DNA from: Bacteroidales bacterium
GTDB taxonomy: Bacteria; Bacteroidota; Bacteroidia; Bacteroidales; UBA1402
Reading direction: 5' to 3'
Length of the DNA: 64,000 bases
Assembly: GCA_017464285.1 (NCBI GenBank)
Contig: JAFUDT010000013.1
Location: 21,577 to 85,576, forward strand
The notes under the pieces were generated by a model. That model worked only from the letters and a program-made list of their open reading frames with translations. It was not told the origin of the DNA and searched no databases. This document shows positions 9,621 through 18,387 of the stretch, in pieces; position 1 is the first letter of the stretch; each line of letters opens with the position of its first letter. A program made the position numbers and the translations under genes.

Positions 9621-11067
9621 CAGCGGCAATTTTCTCAAGACCATGGATTACCAGGTAGTGTTCATCTACCTGTTCCTGGTTATCTGGGGCTGGCTGACCA
9701 TTTACAGCGCCAGCTACGACTACGACAGCACCCGTCTGCTCGACCTGAGCCAGTTCTCGGGCAAGCAGTTCATGTGGATAGGCATTTCGCTGGTGGTCGG
9801 CCTGCTGCTGCTGGTGATTGACTCCCGCTGGTATTACAATGCTACGGAGGTCATCTACATTTTGGTCATGGCACTGCTGGTGCTGACCTTGGTCATCGCT
9901 TCTGATGTCAAGGGCTCCCGATCATGGCTCATTTTCGGGCCGGTGAGCATACAACCGGCCGAGTTTGCCAAGTTTGCCACGGCCCTGGCCCTGGCCAAGT
10001 TCATTGACAAGAACGGTTTCAATCCCCGGGAATCAAAGCGGGACTATATCGCCTTTCTTATCATATTCCTGCCCATCCTGATCATCATCCTCCAGCAGGA
10101 GACAGGCTCGGCACTGGTCTTTCTCTCGCTCTTTCTGGTCCTCTACCGGGAGGGCATGTCGCCCAGGCTGCTGCAGGCAGGCTGCTGTGCGGCCGCCTAT
10201 TTCATCATCTCGGTCCGCTATGGTTCAGCAGTGCTGTGGGAAAAGACTGAAACGGGCTATTTTTTAGTCCTGCTGCTGATACTGGCCCTCATGCTACTGA
10301 TGTTCTATCTCCACAATAGCCGTGAAAAGCAGTCGCTGTGGCTGTTGCTGGGAGGCAACCTGCTACCGCTGCTGGCCGGCATCGTGTGTAATCTTCTGGG
10401 TTGGCATTTCAATCTCTGCTGGCCGCTGCTGGCCACGATGACTTTCTCGATAAGCTATCTGACAGTGCTCTCCTTTCGGAAAAATGTCCGTGAAATAGCA
10501 TCGATTGTACTATTCGTCGTTTTGTCCGTGGCCTTCCTCTTTACTGCCGACTTTTTTTTCGACCATGTGCTCAAGCCACATCAACAGATCCGTACCCAAG
10601 TCTTTCTCGGGGTAGTGGACGATCCGACCAATGCGGGCTACAATGTCAATCAGGCCAAGATATCCATCGGTTCTGGCGGCCTGATGGGCAAAGGTTTCCT
10701 TAACGGTACGCAGACCAAACTGAAATATGTGCCCGAACAGCATACCGACTTTATTTTCTGTACCATCGGCGAGGAGTGGGGCTTTGTCGGCTCGGCCCTC
10801 CTGCTGCTGGTCTATCTCTACTTGATGGTACGGCTCATTCTCATGGCCGAACGACAACGTAGCCGTTTTGTGCGGGTCTATGGCTATTGTGTGGTCAGTA
10901 TTTTCTTTTTCCATGTCCTGATCAATGTGGGCATGGTGCTTGGCATCATGCCCGTCATCGGCATTCCTTTGCCCTTTTTCAGCTATGGAGGCTCTTCGCT
11001 GCTGAGCTTTACCATACTGCTGTTCATTTTCCTCAAACTGGATGCCGAACGGCTACGCTATCACTGA
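9604..11067 (+). CDS. rodA: SEDS peptidoglycan glycosyltransferase RodA (start may be ATG 9643)
   Basis: GSRSW, IQPAEFAK, GYNVNQAKISIGSGG, PEQHTDFIF, GIPLPFFSYGGSS. Confidence 0.95.
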   Translation: MNQRTDSGNFLKTMDYQVVFIYLFLVIWGWLTIYSASYDYDSTRLLDLSQFSGKQFMWIGISLVVGLLLLVIDSRWYYNATEVIYILVMALLVLTLVIASDVKGSRSWLIFGPVSIQPAEFAKFATALALAKFIDKNGFNPRESKRDYIAFLIIFLPILIIILQQETGSALVFLSLFLVLYREGMSPRLLQAGCCAAAYFIISVRYGSAVLWEKTETGYFLVLLLILALMLLMFYLHNSREKQSLWLLLGGNLLPLLAGIVCNLLGWHFNLCWPLLATMTFSISYLTVLSFRKNVREIASIVLFVVLSVAFLFTADFFFDHVLKPHQQIRTQVFLGVVDDPTNAGYNVNQAKISIGSGGLMGKGFLNGTQTKLKYVPEQHTDFIFCTIGEEWGFVGSALLLLVYLYLMVRLILMAERQRSRFVRVYGYCVVSIFFFHVLINVGMVLGIMPVIGIPLPFFSYGGSSLLSFTILLFIFLKLDAERLRYH

Positions 11068-11088
11068 TTCATTAAACCAGACAACGAT

Positions 11089-12747
11089 ATGAAGACTCTC
11101 AAGTTATTGTCAATGAGTATGCTGGCGGCACTGCTCCTGAGTTTTGCCCCGAAACAGGACCGCCCTGTCACGATTTTCACCATCGGTGATTCGACCATGG
11201 CCGACAAGACGCTGGACAAGGGGAATCCCGAGAGAGGCTGGGGGCAGGCTTTCCGCGCCTGCTGGGACAGCCGTTACGTAGTAGTGGACAACCATGCCCT
11301 GAACGGGCGCAGTTCGAAGAGCTTCCGCGATGAAGGTCATTGGCAGCCTGTCTATGAGAAGATACGCCCGGGTGATTATGTGCTGATCCAGTTCGGGCAC
11401 AATGACCAGAAGCCCAAGGAGGACCGTCACACCGATCCGGGAACGACCTACAACGAACAGTTGAAACAGTATATCCGCGAGACACGCGAAAAGGGCGGCA
11501 TTCCAGTCCTGCTCACCTCCATGGTGCGCCGGAAATTCGGTGATGACGGCCATCTGACAGAAACCCACGGAGACTATCTTCAGGCTGTCCGTGATGTGGC
11601 AGCAGAGATGAAGGTGGTACTCATCGACCACAATCTTTCCAGCAAACGCCTGGTCGAGGAAATGGGTCCCGAAGACTCCAAACAGCTTTTTATGTGGGTG
11701 GAGCCGAATACCTGCATGGCCTGTCCCGAGGGCAAGCAGGACGATACTCACCTGCGCATGCCCGGGGCACGCAGGATGGCCTGGCTGGTGCTTGACGAAC
11801 TCAAGGAAAAGATTCCCGCCCTGGCTCCCTATATTCTGTATAGTGACTATGTGGTGGCTCAGGACGGCTCGGGCGATTTCTTCACCGTGCAGGAGGCTCT
11901 CAATGCCGTGCCTGATTTCCGCAAGAACGGCCGTACACGCATTTATATACGCAACGGAATTTACAAAGAAAAACTGATCTTGCCCGAAAGCAAAATCAAC
12001 GTGACCCTTATCGGGGAGAGCTGCGAAGGGACCATTCTGACCTACGACGACTATGCTCAGAAAAAGAATGTCTTCGGCGAGGAAAAATCCACCTCCGGCT
12101 CGGCCAGTTTCTATGTCTATGGACATGATTTCCATGCCGAAAACCTGACCTTCGAAAACTCATCCGGGCCGGTGGGGCAGGCCGTGGCCGTTTTTGTCTC
12201 CGGCGACCGGGCCATGTTTCGTCACTGCCGTTTCCTGGGCTGGCAGGATACCTTGTACACCTATGGCCGCCAAAGCCGCCAGTACTATGAGAACTGCTAT
12301 ATCGAGGGTACGGTCGATTTCATCTTCGGCTCGTCCACGGCCGTATTCAAAGACTGTGAGATACACAGCAAACGGTCCGGTTATCTGACGGCGGCCTCCA
12401 CCCCGCAAGATACCCCTTATGGCTATGTCTTTATCCATTGTCGCCTGACGGCAGACCAGGGAGTGGAAGGAGTCTTTCTGGGACGCCCCTGGCGTCCGTA
12501 TGCCAAGGTGGTCTATGTGGACTGTGAAATGGGGGCACATATCCGACCTGAAGGTTGGAACAACTGGAATGATCCGTCCAAGGAGCAGACGGCCAGCTAT
12601 GCCGAGTATGGTTCCAAAGGTCCGGGTGCCCAAGTTTCATCCCGAGTTGGATGGGCCCGTCGGCTGAGTCGCCGCGAGGCTGCCGCATATACGGTGGAAA
12701 AAGTCCTGGCCGGTACAGATGGCTGGAGACTGCCCGAGGAACTGTAG
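11089..12747 (+). CDS. Secreted SGNH acetylesterase (CE12-like) fused to pectin methylesterase (CE8)
   Basis: N-half IGDSTMA, GWGQ, NGRSS, IQFGHND, DDTH; C-half VVAQDGSGDFFTVQEA, QAVA, QDTLY, IEGTVDFIFG, LGRPW. Confidence 0.92.
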   Translation: MKTLKLLSMSMLAALLLSFAPKQDRPVTIFTIGDSTMADKTLDKGNPERGWGQAFRACWDSRYVVVDNHALNGRSSKSFRDEGHWQPVYEKIRPGDYVLIQFGHNDQKPKEDRHTDPGTTYNEQLKQYIRETREKGGIPVLLTSMVRRKFGDDGHLTETHGDYLQAVRDVAAEMKVVLIDHNLSSKRLVEEMGPEDSKQLFMWVEPNTCMACPEGKQDDTHLRMPGARRMAWLVLDELKEKIPALAPYILYSDYVVAQDGSGDFFTVQEALNAVPDFRKNGRTRIYIRNGIYKEKLILPESKINVTLIGESCEGTILTYDDYAQKKNVFGEEKSTSGSASFYVYGHDFHAENLTFENSSGPVGQAVAVFVSGDRAMFRHCRFLGWQDTLYTYGRQSRQYYENCYIEGTVDFIFGSSTAVFKDCEIHSKRSGYLTAASTPQDTPYGYVFIHCRLTADQGVEGVFLGRPWRPYAKVVYVDCEMGAHIRPEGWNNWNDPSKEQTASYAEYGSKGPGAQVSSRVGWARRLSRREAAAYTVEKVLAGTDGWRLPEEL

Positions 12748-12759
12748 CCCCGGAGCTGT

Positions 12760-13278
12760 TTATTCATAAGACAGCCTGATCCCGACTTTCTCAATGCCGG
12801 TGAGCAGACTGTCCTGCATCAGGGGCAGGACCTGCAGGCGAAAGGCCAGACGCTCTCCCGAGGAGGGTAGGGGGCTGCCTGGTCCGAACTCTTGTACCAA
12901 CGTATAGGTCGAGCCCCATCCCTTCCCTTGCCAGCGTCCCCTGTCATCAACCAGCCGGAGAACCATCCGGTCGGTCGACTGCTTTATGACAGCCAGGCTG
13001 GAGTCGGCCTTCAGAAGGGCTATGTGGGTATGTACCAGCAGTTGCAGGTCTTCATAAGGGTAGTCATCGCGATGTCGGAGTGACAGACTCAGTCTGAGTG
13101 GCTGGCCTGCCAGTCTTTTGAGCAGCACCGAATCCAGCCGCAGGGTATCTGTAAACATCAATGTGTCTGTCTGCCGCCAGCCTTCCCGGGGAATAACGCG
13201 GTATTGGTGATACAGGCTGTCGTGCCAGGTACAGGCCGACAGCAGCAGAAGTATCAGCGACCAGCAGTATTTTTTCAT
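12760..13278 (-). CDS. gldH: Gliding motility-associated lipoprotein GldH
   Basis: Lipobox LSAC; YHQYR.I...GW..TDTL.F, RH..DYPY, G.WQGKG, M.DS.L.GI..VG; canonical holB-PSP1-gldH synteny. Confidence 0.85.
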   Translation of the reverse strand: MKKYCWSLILLLLSACTWHDSLYHQYRVIPREGWRQTDTLMFTDTLRLDSVLLKRLAGQPLRLSLSLRHRDDYPYEDLQLLVHTHIALLKADSSLAVIKQSTDRMVLRLVDDRGRWQGKGWGSTYTLVQEFGPGSPLPSSGERLAFRLQVLPLMQDSLLTGIEKVGIRLSYE

Positions 13279-14615
13279 GACTGGCTTTCTTGTGGAGACT
13301 GATCTCCTCCCTGACCAGGCCGGCGGCGAAGTCGGTTGCCGCGGCGGTCGTTACGGCGATGCCGGTTGTCGTTACCGCCTTGCCCATTATGAAGGTGATT
13401 CTGTCCGTCGCCGTTACCGCCCTGCCCGCTACGGGAACGATCCTGACCGTTGCCGTCTCCGTTCCCGTTTCCGTTTCCGTCCTGCTCGCTACGGTGTTCA
13501 CCATGCCCGCCGCGGTTGTTGCGGCGTTTTTTCCGTTTATCGCGTGCAGGCTTGTCGAAACGGGTATAGTCGTTGTTGCCCAGAATGTCGCCGAAGGCAC
13601 TCTGCTGTGGAGCCTCCTGACTCTCCGACAGACTGTCGGCGCGTACTCCCTGTTTGTTGAGGGCAATGATCTGGAAGGCTCTTTCCACAGGAATGGTCTC
13701 CAGATTGGCCAGCGTGTCTTTCGAAGTGGAGTAGGTGACTGTCCGTTTGAAAATGTCGGCCTTGACCTGATAGTAAGTGGCATCTTTGGTCTCTAAGGGA
13801 ATGTTCTTCGAGGGAATGCTCTTCTGGGCCTCGACATACATGTCGGTCTCGTAGTTCATGCAGCATTTCAGCTTGGCACACTGGCCGGCCAGTTTCTGGG
13901 GGTTCAGGCTCAGATCCTGGTAACGTGCGGCGGCAGTCGATACGGACACGAAATTGGTCATCCATGACGAGCAGCACATCTCCCGGCCGCAGGGGCCTAT
14001 GCCGCCGATACGACCGGCTTCCTGACGGGCTCCGATCTGTTTCATCTCGATGCGGACACGGAAAGTGTCGGCCAGTACCTTGATCAGTTCACGGAAATCC
14101 ACGCGGCCGTCGGCAATGTAGTAGAAGATGGCTTTGTTGCCGTCGCCCTGATACTCGACATCTCCAATCTTCATTTCCAGGTGCAGTTCCTCGGCTATTT
14201 TCCTTGATTTGAGCATGGTGTCGTGCTCCTTGGCTTTGGAGGCCTCGTATTTTTCCATATCGGCCGGCCGGGCTTTCCGATAAACCCGGCGTACTTCCTG
14301 GTCGAAGCGGTAGCGGTTTTTCTTCATCTGCTTGAGTACCAGCTGTCCGGTGAGAGTCACCACCCCGATATCATGTCCGGGCATGGACTCGACGGCCACC
14401 CAGTCACCTTTGACCAGCGGCAGTTTGTTGCTGTTCAGATAGTAGCCCTTGCGGGTGTTCTTGAACTGCACCTCGACAAAGTCGGTGGACGACTGGGCTT
14501 CCGGCAGGTCGCAGAGCCAGTCGAAGGTGTTCAGTTTCTTGATGGTGACACCGCTGCTTCCTTTGATGTTCATCAGGAAACCGGTCGGGTTGAGTCTGTA
14601 TTTCTTTTCTTCCAT
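13275..14615 (-). CDS. ricT: PSP1-domain / RicT (YaaT) family protein with low-complexity C-tail
   Basis: VEVQFKNTRKGYY, RVDFRELIK, GGIGPCGREMCC, KLAGQCAKLKCC. Confidence 0.9.
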   Translation of the reverse strand: MEEKKYRLNPTGFLMNIKGSSGVTIKKLNTFDWLCDLPEAQSSTDFVEVQFKNTRKGYYLNSNKLPLVKGDWVAVESMPGHDIGVVTLTGQLVLKQMKKNRYRFDQEVRRVYRKARPADMEKYEASKAKEHDTMLKSRKIAEELHLEMKIGDVEYQGDGNKAIFYYIADGRVDFRELIKVLADTFRVRIEMKQIGARQEAGRIGGIGPCGREMCCSSWMTNFVSVSTAAARYQDLSLNPQKLAGQCAKLKCCMNYETDMYVEAQKSIPSKNIPLETKDATYYQVKADIFKRTVTYSTSKDTLANLETIPVERAFQIIALNKQGVRADSLSESQEAPQQSAFGDILGNNDYTRFDKPARDKRKKRRNNRGGHGEHRSEQDGNGNGNGDGNGQDRSRSGQGGNGDGQNHLHNGQGGNDNRHRRNDRRGNRLRRRPGQGGDQSPQESQS

Positions 14616-14617
14616 GG

Positions 14618-15784
14618 CTATTTGAATAACATGATGGACTGCAGCGCCAGGTCGAAAAAGACCATCCGGGCATTGACATTCTGCTCAATGTGCCTTTCGG
14701 CCAGTTCGAAGGTCTGCATGAAGTCCTCGATATTGCGATGATTGATAAAGGAAAAGAACTTGCCCGAAAAGGCAGCCTCTTCCGGGTTCAGATAGTTCAG
14801 GGCCGGCTGGCGGAGATTCATGATGAAATTTTCGCGAGTCAGCCGCTGGGCATAAGTCAAGTACTGTTTTTGGCGTTCCCGGCCGATTTTGGCGATTTCT
14901 TCGGCCCATAGTTTCTGATCCTGCAGGGCACGCTGTTTGTCCAGTTTGCGCTGTGGCGGGAAATGGGCAATGGTATAGGCGTTGCGCATGCAGCGAATGA
15001 ACATGTCCAGGTAATATCTGTCGGTTTCGTTCTCCCCCAGCAGTGTGCGGGCCTGGACGAGGCTGCCCTTGGCCAGACGTGCCGCTGCCAGAATGTTAGC
15101 TTCAGGCAGCTGGGGATACTGCCGCCGGAGGGTCTCGACAAGTTGCGACAGCTCGATGCCCGGCACATGCAGGTGCTGACTGCGCGACCAGATGGTACCC
15201 AATACGCTCTCACTGTCCTCGCTCACAAGCAGGAATACGGTTCCCCGGGGTGGCTCCTCCAGTATCTTGAGCAGGCGGTTGGCGCAGGCAGGGTGCATCT
15301 TTTCGGGCAGCCAGATAATCATGGTCTTGTAGGCCGACTCGTAACTCTTTAGGCCGAGCTTACGCAAGATTTCGTTGCCTTCTTCGGCATAGATGAGCCC
15401 CTGGGCGTTTTCACTGCCCAGAAAGGCCATCCACTGCTCGTAGGAAAAATAGGGATCCTTGAGCAGTATTTCCCGCCAGGAGGCAAGAAACTGGTCGCAG
15501 ACCGACTTGGAGGAAGACTTGCTCTTGTTGTAGATGGGAAAGACAAAATGCAGGTCGGGATGCTGTAGCCGGTTGAACTGCTGGCAGGAAGGACAGTGTC
15601 CGCAGGCATCGTCATCTTGTCGGTCCGTGCAGTTGAGATAGCGGGCAAAGGCCAAGGCCAGCGGCAGCTTGCCTGCACCGCCCGGCCCCGACAACAGCAG
15701 GGCGTGAGGCACCTTGCCCGACTGTGCCGTCTGGATAAGATGTGCCTTGAGGTGGTCCTGTCCGATGATATCTTTGAAAAGCAT
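14618..15784 (-). CDS. holB: DNA polymerase III subunit delta'
   Basis: FKDIIGQ, PHALLLSG, CGHCPSC, HPDLHF, ANRLLKILEEPP; ATG 15784 chosen over 15811. Confidence 0.92.
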   Translation of the reverse strand: MLFKDIIGQDHLKAHLIQTAQSGKVPHALLLSGPGGAGKLPLALAFARYLNCTDRQDDDACGHCPSCQQFNRLQHPDLHFVFPIYNKSKSSSKSVCDQFLASWREILLKDPYFSYEQWMAFLGSENAQGLIYAEEGNEILRKLGLKSYESAYKTMIIWLPEKMHPACANRLLKILEEPPRGTVFLLVSEDSESVLGTIWSRSQHLHVPGIELSQLVETLRRQYPQLPEANILAAARLAKGSLVQARTLLGENETDRYYLDMFIRCMRNAYTIAHFPPQRKLDKQRALQDQKLWAEEIAKIGRERQKQYLTYAQRLTRENFIMNLRQPALNYLNPEEAAFSGKFFSFINHRNIEDFMQTFELAERHIEQNVNARMVFFDLALQSIMLFK

Positions 15785-15797
15785 GGCGGATACTGTT

Positions 15798-17111
15798 TCA
15801 AGGTTGGACATCGGCTCTGTCGTCGTCAGAGCCGGCCACCAGTGTGGCAGGCAGTGAGTCTGTCGGATAGCCCAGACGGGCCATCAGTGCGTTCTTGACC
15901 AGTTCGAAACTGTCGCGATAGGCCTCCTTGAGCGGTGTGGAGGGCGGGGATTCCATCTTGAGCGGGTCGATGGCCTGTCCGTTGCGGAAAACCCGAAAAT
16001 CCAGGTGAGGCCCTGTGGCCAGCCCTGTGGCCCCCACATAGCCGATGACCTCGCCCTGCGATACCTGCTGTCCGACGGCCAGTCCTTTGGCAAAGCGGCT
16101 CAGGTGCATGTAGGTGGTGGTATAGGTGCCGTTGTGTCGGATGGTGACATAGTTGCCGGCTCCTCCCTTCTGAAAGGCTTTCTTGGTGACCACTCCTGAG
16201 CCGATGCTCATGACTGGAGTGCCCGTCGGGGCGGCATAGTCCACCCCCAGGTGCGGCCGTCGGATTTTCAGCACCGGATGCAGGCGTGAGGGATTGAAGT
16301 GCGAACTGATGCGGGAATACTTGAGCGGAGCCTTGAGGAAGGCCTTGCGCAGGTTTATTCCGTTTTCGTCGAAGTAGTCCTTGTAGCCGTCTTGTTCAAA
16401 GGGAAAGGCAAAAAAGTCCTTGCCGTTGTGACGGAACACGGCGGCATGAATTTCTCCGATACCCACCGAAACAGAGTCGTCGACAAAATATTCGTCATAG
16501 AGCACCTGGTAGGCATCGCCCTTCTGAATACCGAAAAAGTCGATCTGCCAGGCATAGATGTCCGACAGCGGATTGGCCAGCGTCGTGTTGTCTCCGTTGT
16601 CGTATAGGCTCTTCCACAGCGAATGGCTCACCGTGCCCCGGGCACAGCGGTTTCTGACCTGAACCTCTTTCTGGGCGCGATAGACCTCTATGGAATCGGA
16701 GAAGTCGAAGACAACATATCCGGTCCGGCTCTCCTTATAGAGAAAATAGCGGAGGCTGGGCACACTGTCCAGGGTGCGCATGGCAATGTATTCGTGTCCT
16801 GACTGGATGTGTCGCACATCGAAAACAGGGCGGGATACCCTGGCTGTCTGGTCGATGAGGCGGGCCGGCAGTCCGTAGCGACTCAATAGCAGCGACAGGC
16901 TCCAGCCCTCCCGGATGCGGCCGTCTTCGAGCTGCAATGTGTCGATGCGGATTCCCAGCAGGTATTCTGCCTGCTCTTCGGGTTGGTCGGCAGTGTCGGC
17001 TGTTTCATCGCTCTGCTCTCCGCGAGGTCTGAGACACCATACCGCTGCGACGGCAACCACAACCAGGCCGGCCGCCAGCCACCAATACCATTTCTTGAAC
17101 GGGGATTGCAT
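15798..17111 (-). CDS. M23 family peptidoglycan DD-endopeptidase (MepM-like)
   Basis: N-terminal TM; RLHPVLKIRRPHLGVDYAAP.GTPV, YMHLS, ATGPHLDF. Confidence 0.92.
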   Translation of the reverse strand: MQSPFKKWYWWLAAGLVVVAVAAVWCLRPRGEQSDETADTADQPEEQAEYLLGIRIDTLQLEDGRIREGWSLSLLLSRYGLPARLIDQTARVSRPVFDVRHIQSGHEYIAMRTLDSVPSLRYFLYKESRTGYVVFDFSDSIEVYRAQKEVQVRNRCARGTVSHSLWKSLYDNGDNTTLANPLSDIYAWQIDFFGIQKGDAYQVLYDEYFVDDSVSVGIGEIHAAVFRHNGKDFFAFPFEQDGYKDYFDENGINLRKAFLKAPLKYSRISSHFNPSRLHPVLKIRRPHLGVDYAAPTGTPVMSIGSGVVTKKAFQKGGAGNYVTIRHNGTYTTTYMHLSRFAKGLAVGQQVSQGEVIGYVGATGLATGPHLDFRVFRNGQAIDPLKMESPPSTPLKEAYRDSFELVKNALMARLGYPTDSLPATLVAGSDDDRADVQP

Positions 17112-17135
17112 CTTGTGGGATGGACAGGGATAAAC

Positions 17136-18296
17136 TTATTTCAGCAAAGCCTGAGCCAGCGTTTCGAGTGCCGGCAGATCGCTTTTTTTCATGCGACTGC
17201 GGATAGTGACCGTCGGCTCGACAATTTCTATATCCTTCATGGCGGCCAACGCCTCTTTCATGACACGACCGGCCGAAGGAGCCCAAGACCCGTTTTCGAC
17301 GATGGCCACTTTGCGCTTTTGGAAATTCTTGGCCTGCAGGTGGTGCAGGAATTCCTGCATGGGCGGAAACACACCGGCATCGTAAGACGAGGCGGCCAGC
17401 ACCATGCGACCCATGCGGAAAGCATCTTCGACGGCTTCGGCCTGGTCGTCGCGGCTCAGGTCGCTCAACGACACTTTCCCTGCTCCTTTGGCCCGGAGGA
17501 TGTCGGCCAGGCAGTGTGCAGCCGCCGCCGTGCCGCCATGGATGGAAGCATAGGCGATGAATACGCCGTCGGTCTCCACCTCGTAGGCACTCCAGGTCTG
17601 ATACAGTCCGAGGTAGTAGGGGAGATTCTCGCCCAGTACCGGGCCGTGCAGCGGACAGATGGTCAGGATGTCCAGACCGGCCAGCTTTTTGAGCAGCATC
17701 TGTACCTGGACACCGTATTTGCCGCAGATGTTGAAGTAATAGCGCCGTGCCTCGCAGGCCCAGTCCTCGTCTTCAATGTCCAGGGCTCCAAATTTACCGA
17801 AGGCGTCGGCCGAGAAGAGAATCCTTTCCGTTTGTTCGTAGCTCACCATGACTTCGGGCCAATGGACCATGGGGGCGGCAAAGAACTGCAGGCTGTGACG
17901 GCCCAGTGCCAGCGTGTCGCCTTCTTTGACAGCCAGGCTGCGGCCTGCCAGGTCGAGCCCCTCGAAAAACTGGGGCAGCATCTGCAACGCTTTGGACGAA
18001 GCCACAATCTGGATCTCAGGGTAGCGTTCGAGCAGCAGGGCAATGGCGCCGGCATGGTCGGGCTCTACATGGTGAACCACCAGATAGTCGGGCCGGCGGC
18101 CTTGGAGCCCGTCTTCGAGATTCTGCAGCCACTGGTCCTGTTTGCGGGCGTCGGCGGTGTCCATGACAGCGACCTTTTCGTCCAGAATGAGATAGGAATT
18201 GTAGGAAATCCCCTGTGGGATCTTGTACTGGCCTTCGAAAAGATCCAAGTCGTGGTCGTCGACTCCGATATAATGGATTTGATTGCTTGTTTTCAT
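17136..18296 (-). CDS. fprA: Flavodiiron protein (A-type flavoprotein)
   Basis: GISYNSYLI, HVEPDH, PMVHWPE, SADAFG, CPLHGP, then a flavodoxin domain YASIHGGT..NGSW. Confidence 0.92.
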   Translation of the reverse strand: MKTSNQIHYIGVDDHDLDLFEGQYKIPQGISYNSYLILDEKVAVMDTADARKQDQWLQNLEDGLQGRRPDYLVVHHVEPDHAGAIALLLERYPEIQIVASSKALQMLPQFFEGLDLAGRSLAVKEGDTLALGRHSLQFFAAPMVHWPEVMVSYEQTERILFSADAFGKFGALDIEDEDWACEARRYYFNICGKYGVQVQMLLKKLAGLDILTICPLHGPVLGENLPYYLGLYQTWSAYEVETDGVFIAYASIHGGTAAAAHCLADILRAKGAGKVSLSDLSRDDQAEAVEDAFRMGRMVLAASSYDAGVFPPMQEFLHHLQAKNFQKRKVAIVENGSWAPSAGRVMKEALAAMKDIEIVEPTVTIRSRMKKSDLPALETLAQALLK

Positions 18297-18348
18297 TATG
18301 CTCTTGAAAATGATCAGGTAAGTAAGCGGTCGGGGTATATACCCACTG

Positions 18349-18356
18349 CAAAATTA
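18349..18356 (-). promoter_or_regulatory. -7 box (TAATTTTG) for the fprA-M23-holB-ricT-gldH run
   Basis: caaaatta on + strand, about 50 nt upstream of the fprA ATG. Confidence 0.6.
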
Positions 18357-18387
18357 CGATGATGCGGCTGAAAAAGCAAGAGCCCTG

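Noticed and set aside
12760-13278. gldH as evidence of gliding motility
   Set aside because: gldH occurs with holB-PSP1 in non-gliding Bacteroidales; no other gld/spr motor genes are in the window.
13275-13540. G/N/D/R-rich repetitive C-terminal tail of the PSP1/RicT protein (ccgtt-type repeats)
   Set aside because: Disordered low-complexity tails are usual in Bacteroidota PSP1 proteins; the frame is intact.
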